DNA from: a virus
Reading direction: 5' to 3' (one strand)
DNA length: 64,000 nucleotides
Virus record (IMG/VR): IMGVR_UViG_3300028840_006907
Span: 64,001 to 128,000 of that record
Of the stretch, positions 18,274 through 27,322 are shown in pieces. The number at the start of each line of letters is the position of its first letter. Position 1 is the first letter of the stretch. Below the pieces are notes generated by a model. It had not been told where the DNA came from. It searched no databases and worked only from the letters and a program-made list of their open reading frames with translations. Both the position numbers and the translations under genes were made by a program.

Positions 18274-18910
18274 TCGATACCTCCTTCCATCCCATATACT
18301 CAATTCGGGATCGGTATTGTTTGGGACCGGTTACCTGATCAAAACGTTGATTGCTTTTTACTATTTTGATACTGGTATCGGTACCTTCCCAAAATATTCG
18401 GTTCTTTTCACGCCCTTTAAGACTACCATTAAGAAATTCAGGAAGAGAGTACTGTTCAAACGCCTCTGAGAGGCTCTCAGCCTTAACGATCTTAGGATCG
18501 GGTGGTATGTCATAGGAACAGCATTTCCTTCCAAGAAAGGGGGTATAGATGGGCCTATTAAGGGCTTCCATTATTTTCTTCAAAGTATAGGGACAGTTTT
18601 CATTCTCCCATATACATACGGTAAAGATGGCATTGACTAGGTAAAATCTATTCGAGACAATTCCTGGTCCGACTCTGACAATATGGAAATCTTTTAGAAT
18701 AGTACCAGGATTATCTTCCCTACAGGCAAATCCTAGTTGGGCAATCTGAGTTAATTCTTTCACCATTTCTCTTGAGACTCCAAGAGAAGCAGCGATTAAC
18801 CCGCTTACGCCAGATTTGGTAGGGTGATCATCTGTCTTTCGGGTATTACCCTGAAGGGGGAGACCCCAGGCGGATAGAGTACCCGAAAGAAGGAATAATA
18901 AATAATTCAT
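18260..18910 (-). CDS. cas5e: Cas5e (CasD)
   Basis: MNYLLFLLSGTLSAWGLP...TRKT..HPTKSGVSGLIAASLGVSRE parallels the Cas5e N-terminus (LRLAGPMQAWG...PTRSGLLGLLGACLGI). Confidence 0.85.
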   Translation of the reverse strand: MNYLLFLLSGTLSAWGLPLQGNTRKTDDHPTKSGVSGLIAASLGVSREMVKELTQIAQLGFACREDNPGTILKDFHIVRVGPGIVSNRFYLVNAIFTVCIWENENCPYTLKKIMEALNRPIYTPFLGRKCCSYDIPPDPKIVKAESLSEAFEQYSLPEFLNGSLKGREKNRIFWEGTDTSIKIVKSNQRFDQVTGPKQYRSRIEYMGWKEVSNVSE

Positions 18911-18933
18911 AATATTATAACTCCTGGTAACAA

Positions 18934-20019
18934 TTAGAAATCGATGAATTTAATAAGTTCGTTAAGTGATCCTTCTTTTGTGAGTACATTCAAGATCCTA
19001 TAATCCATTTCATGGTAACATGAATCAAAACTACTTTTCATGTCAAGAAGGGCTTTGACAGCATTTTCCATAACCGCAGGACCTTTAATAGGAGTATGGA
19101 AGGCTTGACAGAGACTTCGTGGGGCAGTTGGAGCTTTTTCGATCATAACGAATGCTGGCCATGTTTGACTATCAGCACATCTGTTTTTATTAGCTGAGGG
19201 GGATGAAGTGGTTAATACTTCGACTATCTGTCGGATGGTTTTGATAGCTAGTTCTTTATTACCTTGAAGATTTTTCGTTAAGAGCTTGGAATTGATTACA
19301 AAGAAACTATAATAGACACCCTGGGTAAAATAGAAATTATCTAGGTGACCTGAACCTTTGGTTCCTTCTAATCCAAGGTTATCGGTAGCTGTAAAATAGT
19401 CGGTTTGGACAGATCCTATATCATTGACAGTAAAAGCGAAATTTGAGGACAGTGAAGCTTCAACATCATATTGGGGCAGTTTTGCAATCATGCGACCGGT
19501 AAGGGCTGTTCTGATTCCTGTATTTTCTTTTAAAAAGAAGAATTCTTGATCAGTGGGTTTATGCCCCTCAATAATTTTGTCAATCAGTTCTTCAATATGT
19601 TGTCTTTCGCTCGGTTGAATTTTAATGGTTTCGGTTTTAAGAAGATCAACCTTTTTTTTCTTTTTCTTTGTATTTTTATCATCTTCTTTTTCAGTGTGCT
19701 TTTTGATATCAACAAAAGTACCAATAAATTTAAATGCGTATTCTTCAGCTTTTTTAGGTGATATTCCACCATCAATTAATCTTTTCTCGACATATTTTCC
19801 AATAAGAGGAGTCTGAAGACCTATATCGATTTCGCACCTTTCAAATAGAGCCTTGTTTAAATCATATTTTCGATTTTGTGAAGACGAATAACCTCGGTTG
19901 GTATCATTAAGTTTCATTGTTTTAGGACGTCCGTCCTGGCCTCGGTTTATGCTAGATACAGCTACACCAGTGAGAAGGTGAATTAACCAGTAGGGGTCTT
20001 TAATAATAGTTTTAGACAT
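18934..20019 (-). CDS. cas7e: Cas7e (CasC/Cse4) backbone subunit
   Basis: LIHLLTGVAVSSINRGQDGRPKT...RGYSSSQNRKYDLNKAL parallels CasC (HVLISHSPSCLNRDD...RISSQSLKRAMR). 361 aa, like CasC. Confidence 0.85.
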   Translation of the reverse strand: MSKTIIKDPYWLIHLLTGVAVSSINRGQDGRPKTMKLNDTNRGYSSSQNRKYDLNKALFERCEIDIGLQTPLIGKYVEKRLIDGGISPKKAEEYAFKFIGTFVDIKKHTEKEDDKNTKKKKKKVDLLKTETIKIQPSERQHIEELIDKIIEGHKPTDQEFFFLKENTGIRTALTGRMIAKLPQYDVEASLSSNFAFTVNDIGSVQTDYFTATDNLGLEGTKGSGHLDNFYFTQGVYYSFFVINSKLLTKNLQGNKELAIKTIRQIVEVLTTSSPSANKNRCADSQTWPAFVMIEKAPTAPRSLCQAFHTPIKGPAVMENAVKALLDMKSSFDSCYHEMDYRILNVLTKEGSLNELIKFIDF

Positions 20020-20045
20020 AAATACTCCTTGATATTTATTATTTA

Positions 20046-21989
20046 TTATATGTTATTTGAATATTCTCTTTCCCAGTAGAACTTGACATCTTTGCTCCAG
20101 TGGGCATACCCTTCCATGAAACTGATGATGTTAAATCCTTCCATTCGAGAAACAACATCAGCAAATACTTTCCAGTTTTTTTGTATATCCGTTTTATTGA
20201 AACTCATCATTTCGTCAACATGTCGGCGGTTAATTTTTTGAGAACCCATTTGGGCACCGAAAGATTGAGAAAAATCCAGATCCTTAGCTTTAAAAACAAT
20301 TAGTAGAAGAGGTACGAAAAGAGTCTTCATATCTTCTGATCTTAAAGCAGGGAAATGCATAGACATTTCTAAAATAAAATTCAAATAAAGGTCTTCATGT
20401 TTTAAGATATCGATGTCAAAACATCGGGTAAATACCCTATGTTTTTCTGTATTTCTAATAGTCCCGTACCAGGACAGGAATGGTTTGGTAAAGACCTGGT
20501 TAAAATGAGGTAGGTTTAATTTCCTGTATTCGATATGGGCGAAATTCTCATATTCTAATGGTTGTAGTTTAAGAGGTTTAACAACTTTTTTATTTAAGGT
20601 TTCGATAAATTGTTCCTTAAAATATTTCTGTAAACCTCTCTTTTCAGTACCTACATTTTTTTCAAATGTATCGAAAGCTTTAACTACCATCTTTTCCAAC
20701 CATTTTTCGATATTATGATTCTTGAGAACTTCATAGAAGTATTCTTCAGTTTCTGTCAGAAATTCGTGAAATATTAAAGGTTCGGTTTTATCAGTTCCCC
20801 AGAACTTTCTTATATAATTACAGGTATACCATCCTATAAGATATGAGTGTTCTCTGATATTTAAAGTAAACGCACTATCTTTATAGAGTTCTTCTGGGAT
20901 ATCGAATTTATTTTCCTCCCATCCAAAGAGTTTGGCTTTAGCCATATTATAACCGAAAGTCCATAATCCGAAATCAGTTATTCCAAGATATTCTCGGTTC
21001 TCCATGAAATGACTCACCACTAAAGCTGGAGTTAATTTTTTAGCTGGTAGTAGATAGGTCACAAGATCGAGATGGCTGGTAAAGTCCAGGGGTTTCCGGA
21101 AACCTGTTTCTTTGCCTTTTATAATGGGTGAAAGGATATGACGTGGTTTGACATAACAGTTACCATAATTCCTCGTTTTTATCTTTCTAACCATTAATTT
21201 GGAATGATTGCCACAGATAGTACATGATTCATCAAATTTATCAAAGATAAGATGAATACGTAGAGGCATTTCCCAGAGCGGGTAATAAGGATTCATCTCA
21301 TCCAGGGAAACAGTAGCTTTGTTTTTACTATCAACGGTATCACTAAGCCATGGGAGTGTTACACCTTTTGGATTTCCTCCGAATTCAAACATGGTCTTTT
21401 TAATAATAACATTAGACCATATTGTTTCCCATAACGTGGAACCGGTAATAATAGTGGTAAGAGAACCATTGGCACCGGCTGTTATCGAAGTACGGTATCC
21501 TTGGCCTCCCATAATGGCACTGAGTTGATTAAGATAAAGGGCAATTGTAGCACAGGATTGGCAAAAAGTATGTATCTTTGCTTTTTGGAAGAAATCTTTA
21601 CCAGCTTTAATTGTCGCTGTCCCTGGAGTATCAAAGAGGAGATTACCAACATTTACGATTCTTTCAAGGTCCTGTGGCCGTTTATCCTGTAAAAAACGAG
21701 GACCTTTGCCATCTAGTTCAAAGAGTTTTGGTTTAAGTTTTTCTAGGATGGCTTTTTGGTTTGGTGCTTTTTTGAATAGTTTTTTCCATTCTTTCTTACT
21801 TGTAGGAGCAAGATAAGTGTTGAAAAAACCTATGAGAAGCCGTACACCTACAGCATTGAAATCGGGTCTACCGAAATCGAGAGCTATTATAGGGTTATTA
21901 GGTTTTGAAGTTATTTTGTAGGGTGGAATGTTTTCCCTGGTACCGTCTTTTCGGATGACGGGGATCCAAGGGTCCTTAATTACATTCAT
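20046..21989 (-). CDS. cas8e: Cas8e (Cse1) large subunit with fused Cas11/Cse2-like C-terminal domain
   Basis: N-terminus MNVIKDPWIPV and CQSCATIALYLNQ...GGQGYR parallel Cse1 (NWIPV; CGGCTAIALFNQ...GGGFK). The C-terminal ~170 aa (SFGAQMGSQKINRRHVDEMM...HWSKDVKFYWEREY) parallels Cse2 (SLGRALANSGRINERRIFQLI...WWGKRERQQLLEDF). There is no separate cas11 gene. Confidence 0.8.
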   Translation of the reverse strand: MNVIKDPWIPVIRKDGTRENIPPYKITSKPNNPIIALDFGRPDFNAVGVRLLIGFFNTYLAPTSKKEWKKLFKKAPNQKAILEKLKPKLFELDGKGPRFLQDKRPQDLERIVNVGNLLFDTPGTATIKAGKDFFQKAKIHTFCQSCATIALYLNQLSAIMGGQGYRTSITAGANGSLTTIITGSTLWETIWSNVIIKKTMFEFGGNPKGVTLPWLSDTVDSKNKATVSLDEMNPYYPLWEMPLRIHLIFDKFDESCTICGNHSKLMVRKIKTRNYGNCYVKPRHILSPIIKGKETGFRKPLDFTSHLDLVTYLLPAKKLTPALVVSHFMENREYLGITDFGLWTFGYNMAKAKLFGWEENKFDIPEELYKDSAFTLNIREHSYLIGWYTCNYIRKFWGTDKTEPLIFHEFLTETEEYFYEVLKNHNIEKWLEKMVVKAFDTFEKNVGTEKRGLQKYFKEQFIETLNKKVVKPLKLQPLEYENFAHIEYRKLNLPHFNQVFTKPFLSWYGTIRNTEKHRVFTRCFDIDILKHEDLYLNFILEMSMHFPALRSEDMKTLFVPLLLIVFKAKDLDFSQSFGAQMGSQKINRRHVDEMMSFNKTDIQKNWKVFADVVSRMEGFNIISFMEGYAHWSKDVKFYWEREYSNNI

Positions 21990-22120
21990 ATGATACCTCC
22001 GCGATTTATGAATGGTTGCGGAAATTTAATTATTTATGTTTTTACTCAACTTATTTATGTTTTTTTGCTTAGCTGAGACTTTGATTTAATTTTTTAATTA
22101 ACCCATTAGTTATAAAGTTA

Positions 22121-22149
22121 ATTATAATCTAAAATAAATATAAATGCAA
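22121..22149 (-). promoter_or_regulatory. sigma70-like promoter upstream of cas8e
   Basis: Minus strand reads TTGCAT, 17 nt, TATAAT, about 130 nt upstream of the cas8e ATG. Confidence 0.55.
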
Positions 22150-22210
22150 CATTTTTTCAAGTACTTTATATATAACTATAATATTTCGAATTGTTTATAG
22201 CATGAGAAAT

Positions 22211-22236
22211 ATTTCCTCCGTTTACACGGAGGAAAT
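22211..22236. promoter_or_regulatory. perfect 10-bp inverted repeat between array 2 and the cas promoter
   Basis: atttcctccg tttaca cggaggaaat. Could terminate the array-2 transcript or act as an operator. Confidence 0.45.
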
Positions 22237-22266
22237 TTAGGATTATATCAGAGATGGGCTCTGAGA

Positions 22267-22586
22267 CAGCCCCGGTAAAGTCCAGGGAAATAAAAATTAG
22301 TGATAATTCGGGAATCAGCAGGAGGAGAGCATCAGCCCTGCGTATGCGGGGAATAGTGTTATCGTCTTACAGGATGTAAAGCAGAGACAGCCCCGCGTAT
22401 GCGGGGAATAGAAATTAATACATCTCATAAAATCTAGCATCAGCCCCGCGTATGCGGGGAATAGTTATTTATCTATACTTCCTACAACTCCCATAACGCA
22501 TCAGCCCCGCGTATGCGGGGAATAGCTCGTTGGTTTTCCCATTCCACAAAAGTTCAACGCATCAGCCCCGCGTATGCGGGGAATAG
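22267..22586 (-). CRISPR. CRISPR array 2 (6 repeats)
   Basis: GCATCAGCCCCGCGTATGCGGGGAATAG occurs at 22437, 22498 and 22559, with variants at 22329 and 22384 and a divergent unit at 22267. The two leader-proximal spacers are 33 nt. Minus-strand reading is CTATTCCCCGCATACGCGGGGCTGATGC. Confidence 0.9.
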
Positions 22587-22625
22587 ACTATAATATAATT
22601 AGTTGAAAATCAGAGAGTTACAAAG

Positions 22626-22677
22626 ACCCTAATTTTCTACCAAAAAAAGTACTTGCCGTTTATAAATGTCAAAGAGC
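22626..22677 (-). promoter_or_regulatory. CRISPR leader, array 2
   Basis: Near-identical copy of 15058-15112, including TTGACA on the minus strand (22667-22672). Confidence 0.7.
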
Positions 22678-22683
22678 TTATCT

Positions 22684-22857
22684 TTAAAGGTATAAATCCT
22701 CTTCATCCTCAGGAGCCAGATCTATATCTGAAAGAGTTCTGCTCCCACCGAAATCTAATTCTAATACTTCATCTTCTCCACCTGTATTAAAAAAATCATC
22801 TTCTTCACTTGGCTCTTTAAGAATCTCATCAGCATCGTATTCTTCGATTGGTAACAT
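22684..22857 (-). CDS. highly acidic 57-aa protein
   Basis: MLPIEEYDADEILKEPSEEDDFFNTGGEDEVLELDF...EDEEDLYL, hand-translated. Ends 7 nt before the array-2 leader. Confidence 0.45.
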   Translation of the reverse strand: MLPIEEYDADEILKEPSEEDDFFNTGGEDEVLELDFGGSRTLSDIDLAPEDEEDLYL

Positions 22858-22872
22858 AACATTTCCCCTCTT

Positions 22873-23316
22873 TTAATTGTTTCCTTCATTGATATAAAGA
22901 AATCCAGTTCTTTCCAATGTTAAATCTAAATCATTCTCTTTAAGTTTAAAGTTTTTTATTGTGTCTTGCACATCTTTTTTTCCATTCATACATACCCATA
23001 ATGCGTGTTGAAAGAATTCATCATTATCAGGTAACTTTGAGATGTACTTATGTGTAGGTGGAGGACAGTTTTCAGGTTTAATATCCTTTTTTAAAGCCAG
23101 TGCGGTTTTACCGCTATTAAATACATGTAATGGTAATCCTAAGAGATATACCCGACTTTTCATCTCTCTCAATGTCTGTTCTGCCTGGGATAATGTCATT
23201 TCATTGTTTTTCATTAATTCCATGATAGTTTGAGCCACAACCATTGCATTGTTATATTGTGGTTGATCTATAATTTTATTCATCTTTTTTAATACTTCTT
23301 TTATTATATCTGGCAT
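22873..23316 (-). CDS. hypothetical protein
   Basis: ORF track; co-directional block. Confidence 0.6.
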   Translation of the reverse strand: MPDIIKEVLKKMNKIIDQPQYNNAMVVAQTIMELMKNNEMTLSQAEQTLREMKSRVYLLGLPLHVFNSGKTALALKKDIKPENCPPPTHKYISKLPDNDEFFQHALWVCMNGKKDVQDTIKNFKLKENDLDLTLERTGFLYINEGNN

Positions 23317-23317
23317 G

Positions 23318-23812
23318 TTAAATATTCTCTCCTTGTCCGGCTACAGTAATGCCTATTACTTCTTCTGGTTTTATGGTGAATTTAGTAAGGCTTTTAACAA
23401 CACCACTTGCTTTTGGATAATCTTTTAAGAAGATAAAGTTTATACATGTTTTAAGGGCTGTATAATTAATGGACTTTTCATTTAATAGAAGGACATATTT
23501 TAATCGGGGGTAATATTGACTGATTGTTTTTGTCCTTTCCTCAAAAGAAATAATATGAGAGATGGGAAATTGGTATCTTATCATTTTTATAATTAAGTTA
23601 TTACGTAGGTTAGATCCTGTAAGTAAAAATTCATTTCCTTCTAGAATAGGACGAAATTCATTATAATTATAATCAAGTCTTCCGAATACAGATAAGGTGC
23701 GATTAACTTGTTCATCATCTATGATATGGGTAAAAGAAAATTTTAAATACTTGAATAGTATTTTCTGCTTTTCTTCAAAAGACCCATGAGCCCATTTCCA
23801 GTTCTCAGTCAT
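23318..23812 (-). CDS. hypothetical protein
   Basis: ORF track; 1-nt spacing to its neighbour. Confidence 0.6.
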   Translation of the reverse strand: MTENWKWAHGSFEEKQKILFKYLKFSFTHIIDDEQVNRTLSVFGRLDYNYNEFRPILEGNEFLLTGSNLRNNLIIKMIRYQFPISHIISFEERTKTISQYYPRLKYVLLLNEKSINYTALKTCINFIFLKDYPKASGVVKSLTKFTIKPEEVIGITVAGQGENI

Positions 23813-23815
23813 TTT

Positions 23816-24100
23816 TCACTCTTCCTCTTCTTCCGTAGCTTCTTCATACAAATTTATCATCCCGTCAACTTGGGTCTTGTGAGATCTTAATCTTTCCAAT
23901 AGGATTCTTTGGAGATCCTTTTTACTATTTATTTCTTCTTCATCATTGGTCCAGTACAGGCTATCACTGAAAAATATATAGATATCATTTCCATTGGTTT
24001 GTAGAGAAATAGTTTCGATAGTACTTAAATTATCAATACCGGTTTCAATCTCTTTATTTAGCTCTTTTATTATTTTCAGTAGTTCGGGAATATCCAACAT
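23816..24100 (-). CDS. hypothetical acidic protein
   Basis: ORF track. Confidence 0.55.
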   Translation of the reverse strand: MLDIPELLKIIKELNKEIETGIDNLSTIETISLQTNGNDIYIFFSDSLYWTNDEEEINSKKDLQRILLERLRSHKTQVDGMINLYEEATEEEEE

Positions 24101-24111
24101 TTATAATGCTC

Positions 24112-24444
24112 CTATAATTCAGTTACTTTAATTCCAAGATGTTTATAAAACCATTCTGCGACGATATGTCTATGGCAGAATTTTGTTTTATTTTCCCAGC
24201 ACAGGAGAATGGCATTCTCACCAAGTCGTTCATAAATTCTTTTAGGATCTAATTTATCCAGTACGTTTTCATAATAAAGTTTAATGTATTCTTTGGTATT
24301 GAGATCTTTTTTAAATTTATTTATGAGCCATCTTGGTGGAGCTAAAAGAGTAAAGTGTCTTCCTTTGAAACTGGGAGGATTTTTATATGCTATCGATACT
24401 GCATTTGGATTTTTACCTGATTTAGAGAAGTAGGATGTATTCAT
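24112..24444 (-). CDS. DUF488-like protein
   Basis: ILLCWENKTKFCHRHIVAEWF resembles the DUF488 LLCxE....CHR motif. Confidence 0.45.
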   Translation of the reverse strand: MNTSYFSKSGKNPNAVSIAYKNPPSFKGRHFTLLAPPRWLINKFKKDLNTKEYIKLYYENVLDKLDPKRIYERLGENAILLCWENKTKFCHRHIVAEWFYKHLGIKVTEL

Positions 24445-24896
24445 TATGTGTCACCGTCCATGGGTTTTGCTACTTGTACAAATATTTCATTTTCATATTT
24501 TATCCAATCCCATTTATCTTTAATCCATCTTCCTCTCATACTACAGGTATATTCGTTATTGTAATAGCAATTAAAAATAAGGTACAGCTCTTGTGTTTCG
24601 GTCCATCTCTTAAAGAATTCATCTATTCGAACACTGTTATTTAAATCTTTTGCATCAACTATTGAATCTACCTCAGTTCCAATAAGAATGGTCCTTTTTT
24701 CAGGATCAATGTGTACATCTTTGTTCAATCCATCTAAAGCTATTTCTAATTGTTGTGCTGTGTAGAGTCTGGGTAAGCCATCCGCTGTAACACAAAGTAC
24801 AGGGATTTCATCTTCAACAAATTCTCGTTCTGTTTTTTCGTCCATAGTAGAGGTGATCGTGTGTTTACTTGTAGTTGGTGAAACTATAATATTCAA
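24444..24896 (-). CDS. hypothetical protein
   Basis: ORF track. Confidence 0.6.
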   Translation of the reverse strand: MNIIVSPTTSKHTITSTMDEKTEREFVEDEIPVLCVTADGLPRLYTAQQLEIALDGLNKDVHIDPEKRTILIGTEVDSIVDAKDLNNSVRIDEFFKRWTETQELYLIFNCYYNNEYTCSMRGRWIKDKWDWIKYENEIFVQVAKPMDGDT

Positions 24897-24952
24897 AATT
24901 TATTATCCTTTCTTTATGGTAAAGTATATAAATATATCATTTCATAATATTA

Positions 24953-25150
24953 CTATTTTCTTTTATCGGGAAGATACCAGGAGGTCATAATAGCATACAT
25001 TCCCCCGATGATTAGAAGTACTTCTTTTATACCTATTTGTTCACCGTTAAGGAAAATTGATACTCCGTAACAAAAGAGTAAAAAAAGACCAATGATTAGA
25101 TAAGTTAATCGATTTATTTTAAGCATTTTTTCTGTCTCGCAATTTGACAT
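24953..25150 (-). CDS. small membrane protein
   Basis: Two hydrophobic helices. Confidence 0.45.
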   Translation of the reverse strand: MSNCETEKMLKINRLTYLIIGLFLLFCYGVSIFLNGEQIGIKEVLLIIGGMYAIMTSWYLPDKRK

Positions 25151-25203
25151 AACAAAGTGAAAAGAACAGTTGAAACAATCTTTTTAATACTTTCAATCAT
25201 AAT

Positions 25204-25404
25204 TTACCAATCTTCAGAATCGGTTAAATTAATTTCCTCTCCACATAAACATTCGACATGAATCAAAGGACCCATGCCGGTAGGGGTAAATACGAATGAA
25301 AGTCTACCTCCAATGGCTCCAGCATCACTGTCGCATTTTTCACGATGTTTTTTATCCCACTCTTTGAATTTCCTGACTTGTTCTTCATCTAATTCAAATT
25401 TCAT
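25204..25404 (-). CDS. hypothetical protein
   Basis: ORF track. Confidence 0.5.
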   Translation of the reverse strand: MKFELDEEQVRKFKEWDKKHREKCDSDAGAIGGRLSFVFTPTGMGPLIHVECLCGEEINLTDSEDW

Positions 25405-25467
25405 AATTTACCCTTTTAATTATGTCCATGGATCAGGGAGATGTTCCCTGATCCATAATTAACATAA

Positions 25468-26352
25468 TTATTTTTTGAGTCCTTTTGCTAATTTTAAATC
25501 TTCAAGCCCAAAAACCCAAGTGGCCTGTTGTCCTGATTCAGAAATTTTATTAACCATCTCTTGTGTCTTGTTTATTTGATAATATGTTGCAAATGGGATG
25601 CCATTTCTTTTACAAGCTTTACCCATTGAATCAATTTTAGCTACTTCAAGTTTCACACTAACCAATTGAGCAGTTTCTTGGACTATTTTTTTATCTTGTT
25701 GAATATTTGATGCAGTTACATTTGTTAAAGTTAATGGCACTGAATTTCGTTGAAATATGGTATCTGCCATTGCATATAATTGGTTATTCAATACTTCTTT
25801 ATTCTTTTTAGTATTAAGTGTTTCAAAATTTTTAAATCCGGCAAAAACTATTCTGGCACTGGGTCTGCAATCCATTCCGGCATAAGTATCATAAACTGAC
25901 ATTAAGCTTATAATCTCTGTATTAGGGGTAGTACCTGGTTTAGATTTCATTTCACCTAATATTTTTGTGAGGTACTCAGTATTATTTCGAGAGAGGTTTA
26001 CTTTGTACCTGACATCTACAGTTAAGGGCGCTTGGTCTCCAAGAGTTATTCGATGGTCTTTGTCAGGGCTCTCTTTTACAAAGGGCTCTTTCTTGGTATA
26101 TACTCCAATTTCTACGAGAATTAGCTTGTTATGAAATTTAGTCTTTCTGTCTACTTTCCCTAGATTAACTAATTGTCCGGAGGTGTAAATTTTTAATTTG
26201 CCTCCACCGTCCATTTCAAATCCAGTGCTTATTTGTTTTACCCCAATATATTTTCGCGGTACTTCGACATATGTATCTCTAGCACAGCCTATCATCATGA
26301 GTAGGAATGAGGTAATTATTATGGTCGATAGAAGTTTTATGTACAGTTTCAT
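25468..26352 (-). CDS. lipoprotein, possibly SPFH/band-7-like
   Basis: Signal peptide with lipobox LLMMIGC. The body loosely resembles the SPFH fold pattern. Confidence 0.5.
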   Translation of the reverse strand: MKLYIKLLSTIIITSFLLMMIGCARDTYVEVPRKYIGVKQISTGFEMDGGGKLKIYTSGQLVNLGKVDRKTKFHNKLILVEIGVYTKKEPFVKESPDKDHRITLGDQAPLTVDVRYKVNLSRNNTEYLTKILGEMKSKPGTTPNTEIISLMSVYDTYAGMDCRPSARIVFAGFKNFETLNTKKNKEVLNNQLYAMADTIFQRNSVPLTLTNVTASNIQQDKKIVQETAQLVSVKLEVAKIDSMGKACKRNGIPFATYYQINKTQEMVNKISESGQQATWVFGLEDLKLAKGLKK

Positions 26353-26384
26353 TTAAAGTGGTCTCCTTTTTTATAGTTAAATGG

Positions 26385-26693
26385 TTATTTGGTTGTATCT
26401 TGATAAACGGCTTCCCGTTTTTTCCCAACATCAGTTTCAAAAGTACTCTCTGGCATTTCCTGTGGTGGTATTAATCTTTCCTGATATCTTTTAGCGGTTG
26501 TAAATATCTGTAAAGCGATAATAACGATATTTAAAAGAATCCAAGTTTTTCCAAAATGCTTTTGAATTCCTTTGGGTAAAGATTTCTTTTTGAAACTGAT
26601 TATAGCTATCACAACATTTAAAATCAATAGAGTGGTTATTAAACCAGTCCACATTCTAAGATCTGATCTAAAAAGTTGTTCTATGAGATCCAT
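26385..26693 (-). CDS. membrane protein
   Basis: Two TM segments. Confidence 0.5.
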   Translation of the reverse strand: MDLIEQLFRSDLRMWTGLITTLLILNVVIAIISFKKKSLPKGIQKHFGKTWILLNIVIIALQIFTTAKRYQERLIPPQEMPESTFETDVGKKREAVYQDTTK

Positions 26694-26714
26694 TATTTTT
26701 CATCACCTCCTTTT

Positions 26715-27032
26715 TTATTTCAGTGTTATAAACTTCCCATTAGGATTTGGCTTTTTTTCACATTTAGGACAGTACGGCATTTGTTCTTGTTTGACTTGTC
26801 CTGAACCTGACAAAGCAAAAAGTCCGTCATGAACAGGATGGGCTATTAAACCTACCAATATTTCATTACCACATTCAGTACAAATGAAATCATTATTTGT
26901 GCATTTGTAGGCATGTTTTTGGGAGAGCTTCTTATGGTAGACAGTATTGCATATAACGCATTTAGCTATATGTATCTCTTCTTCGATACCCCCTCCACGT
27001 GTAAATTTAAGTTCAACATCGCAACATTTCAT
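26715..27032 (-). CDS. zinc-ribbon protein
   Basis: Several CxxC pairs (CVIC, CTEC, CPKC). Confidence 0.55.
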   Translation of the reverse strand: MKCCDVELKFTRGGGIEEEIHIAKCVICNTVYHKKLSQKHAYKCTNNDFICTECGNEILVGLIAHPVHDGLFALSGSGQVKQEQMPYCPKCEKKPNPNGKFITLK

Positions 27033-27322
27033 AATGCCTTCTTTCTTCTTTTTCGTCTATGTTCTAAAAGTATTTTTCCCATTTCATAATTTGTGATTTC
27101 TTTGGCACCCATTTCAATAGCTCTTTTTCTTCGGCTTTCTACCAAATCGAAATGAATAAAACCGGTTCTACTTTTTTGTATCCAGTTTTTTTTCATTCCA
27201 ATCTTTTCTGCAAATTCGAGTAATTCTTTAATACTAATATCAGAAAACATGTGACAGTTTTTCACATATCTTCCACGAAGTTTCCAAAGGTTATCTTTTA
27301 ATTCATCTACATATATTGTCAT
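27029..27322 (-). CDS. DUF4031-family protein
   Basis: IYVDEL...CHMFSD..EELLEFAEKIGMKKNWIQ...HFDL...RKRAIEMGA follows the DUF4031 pattern. Confidence 0.6.
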   Translation of the reverse strand: MTIYVDELKDNLWKLRGRYVKNCHMFSDISIKELLEFAEKIGMKKNWIQKSRTGFIHFDLVESRRKRAIEMGAKEITNYEMGKILLEHRRKRRKKAL

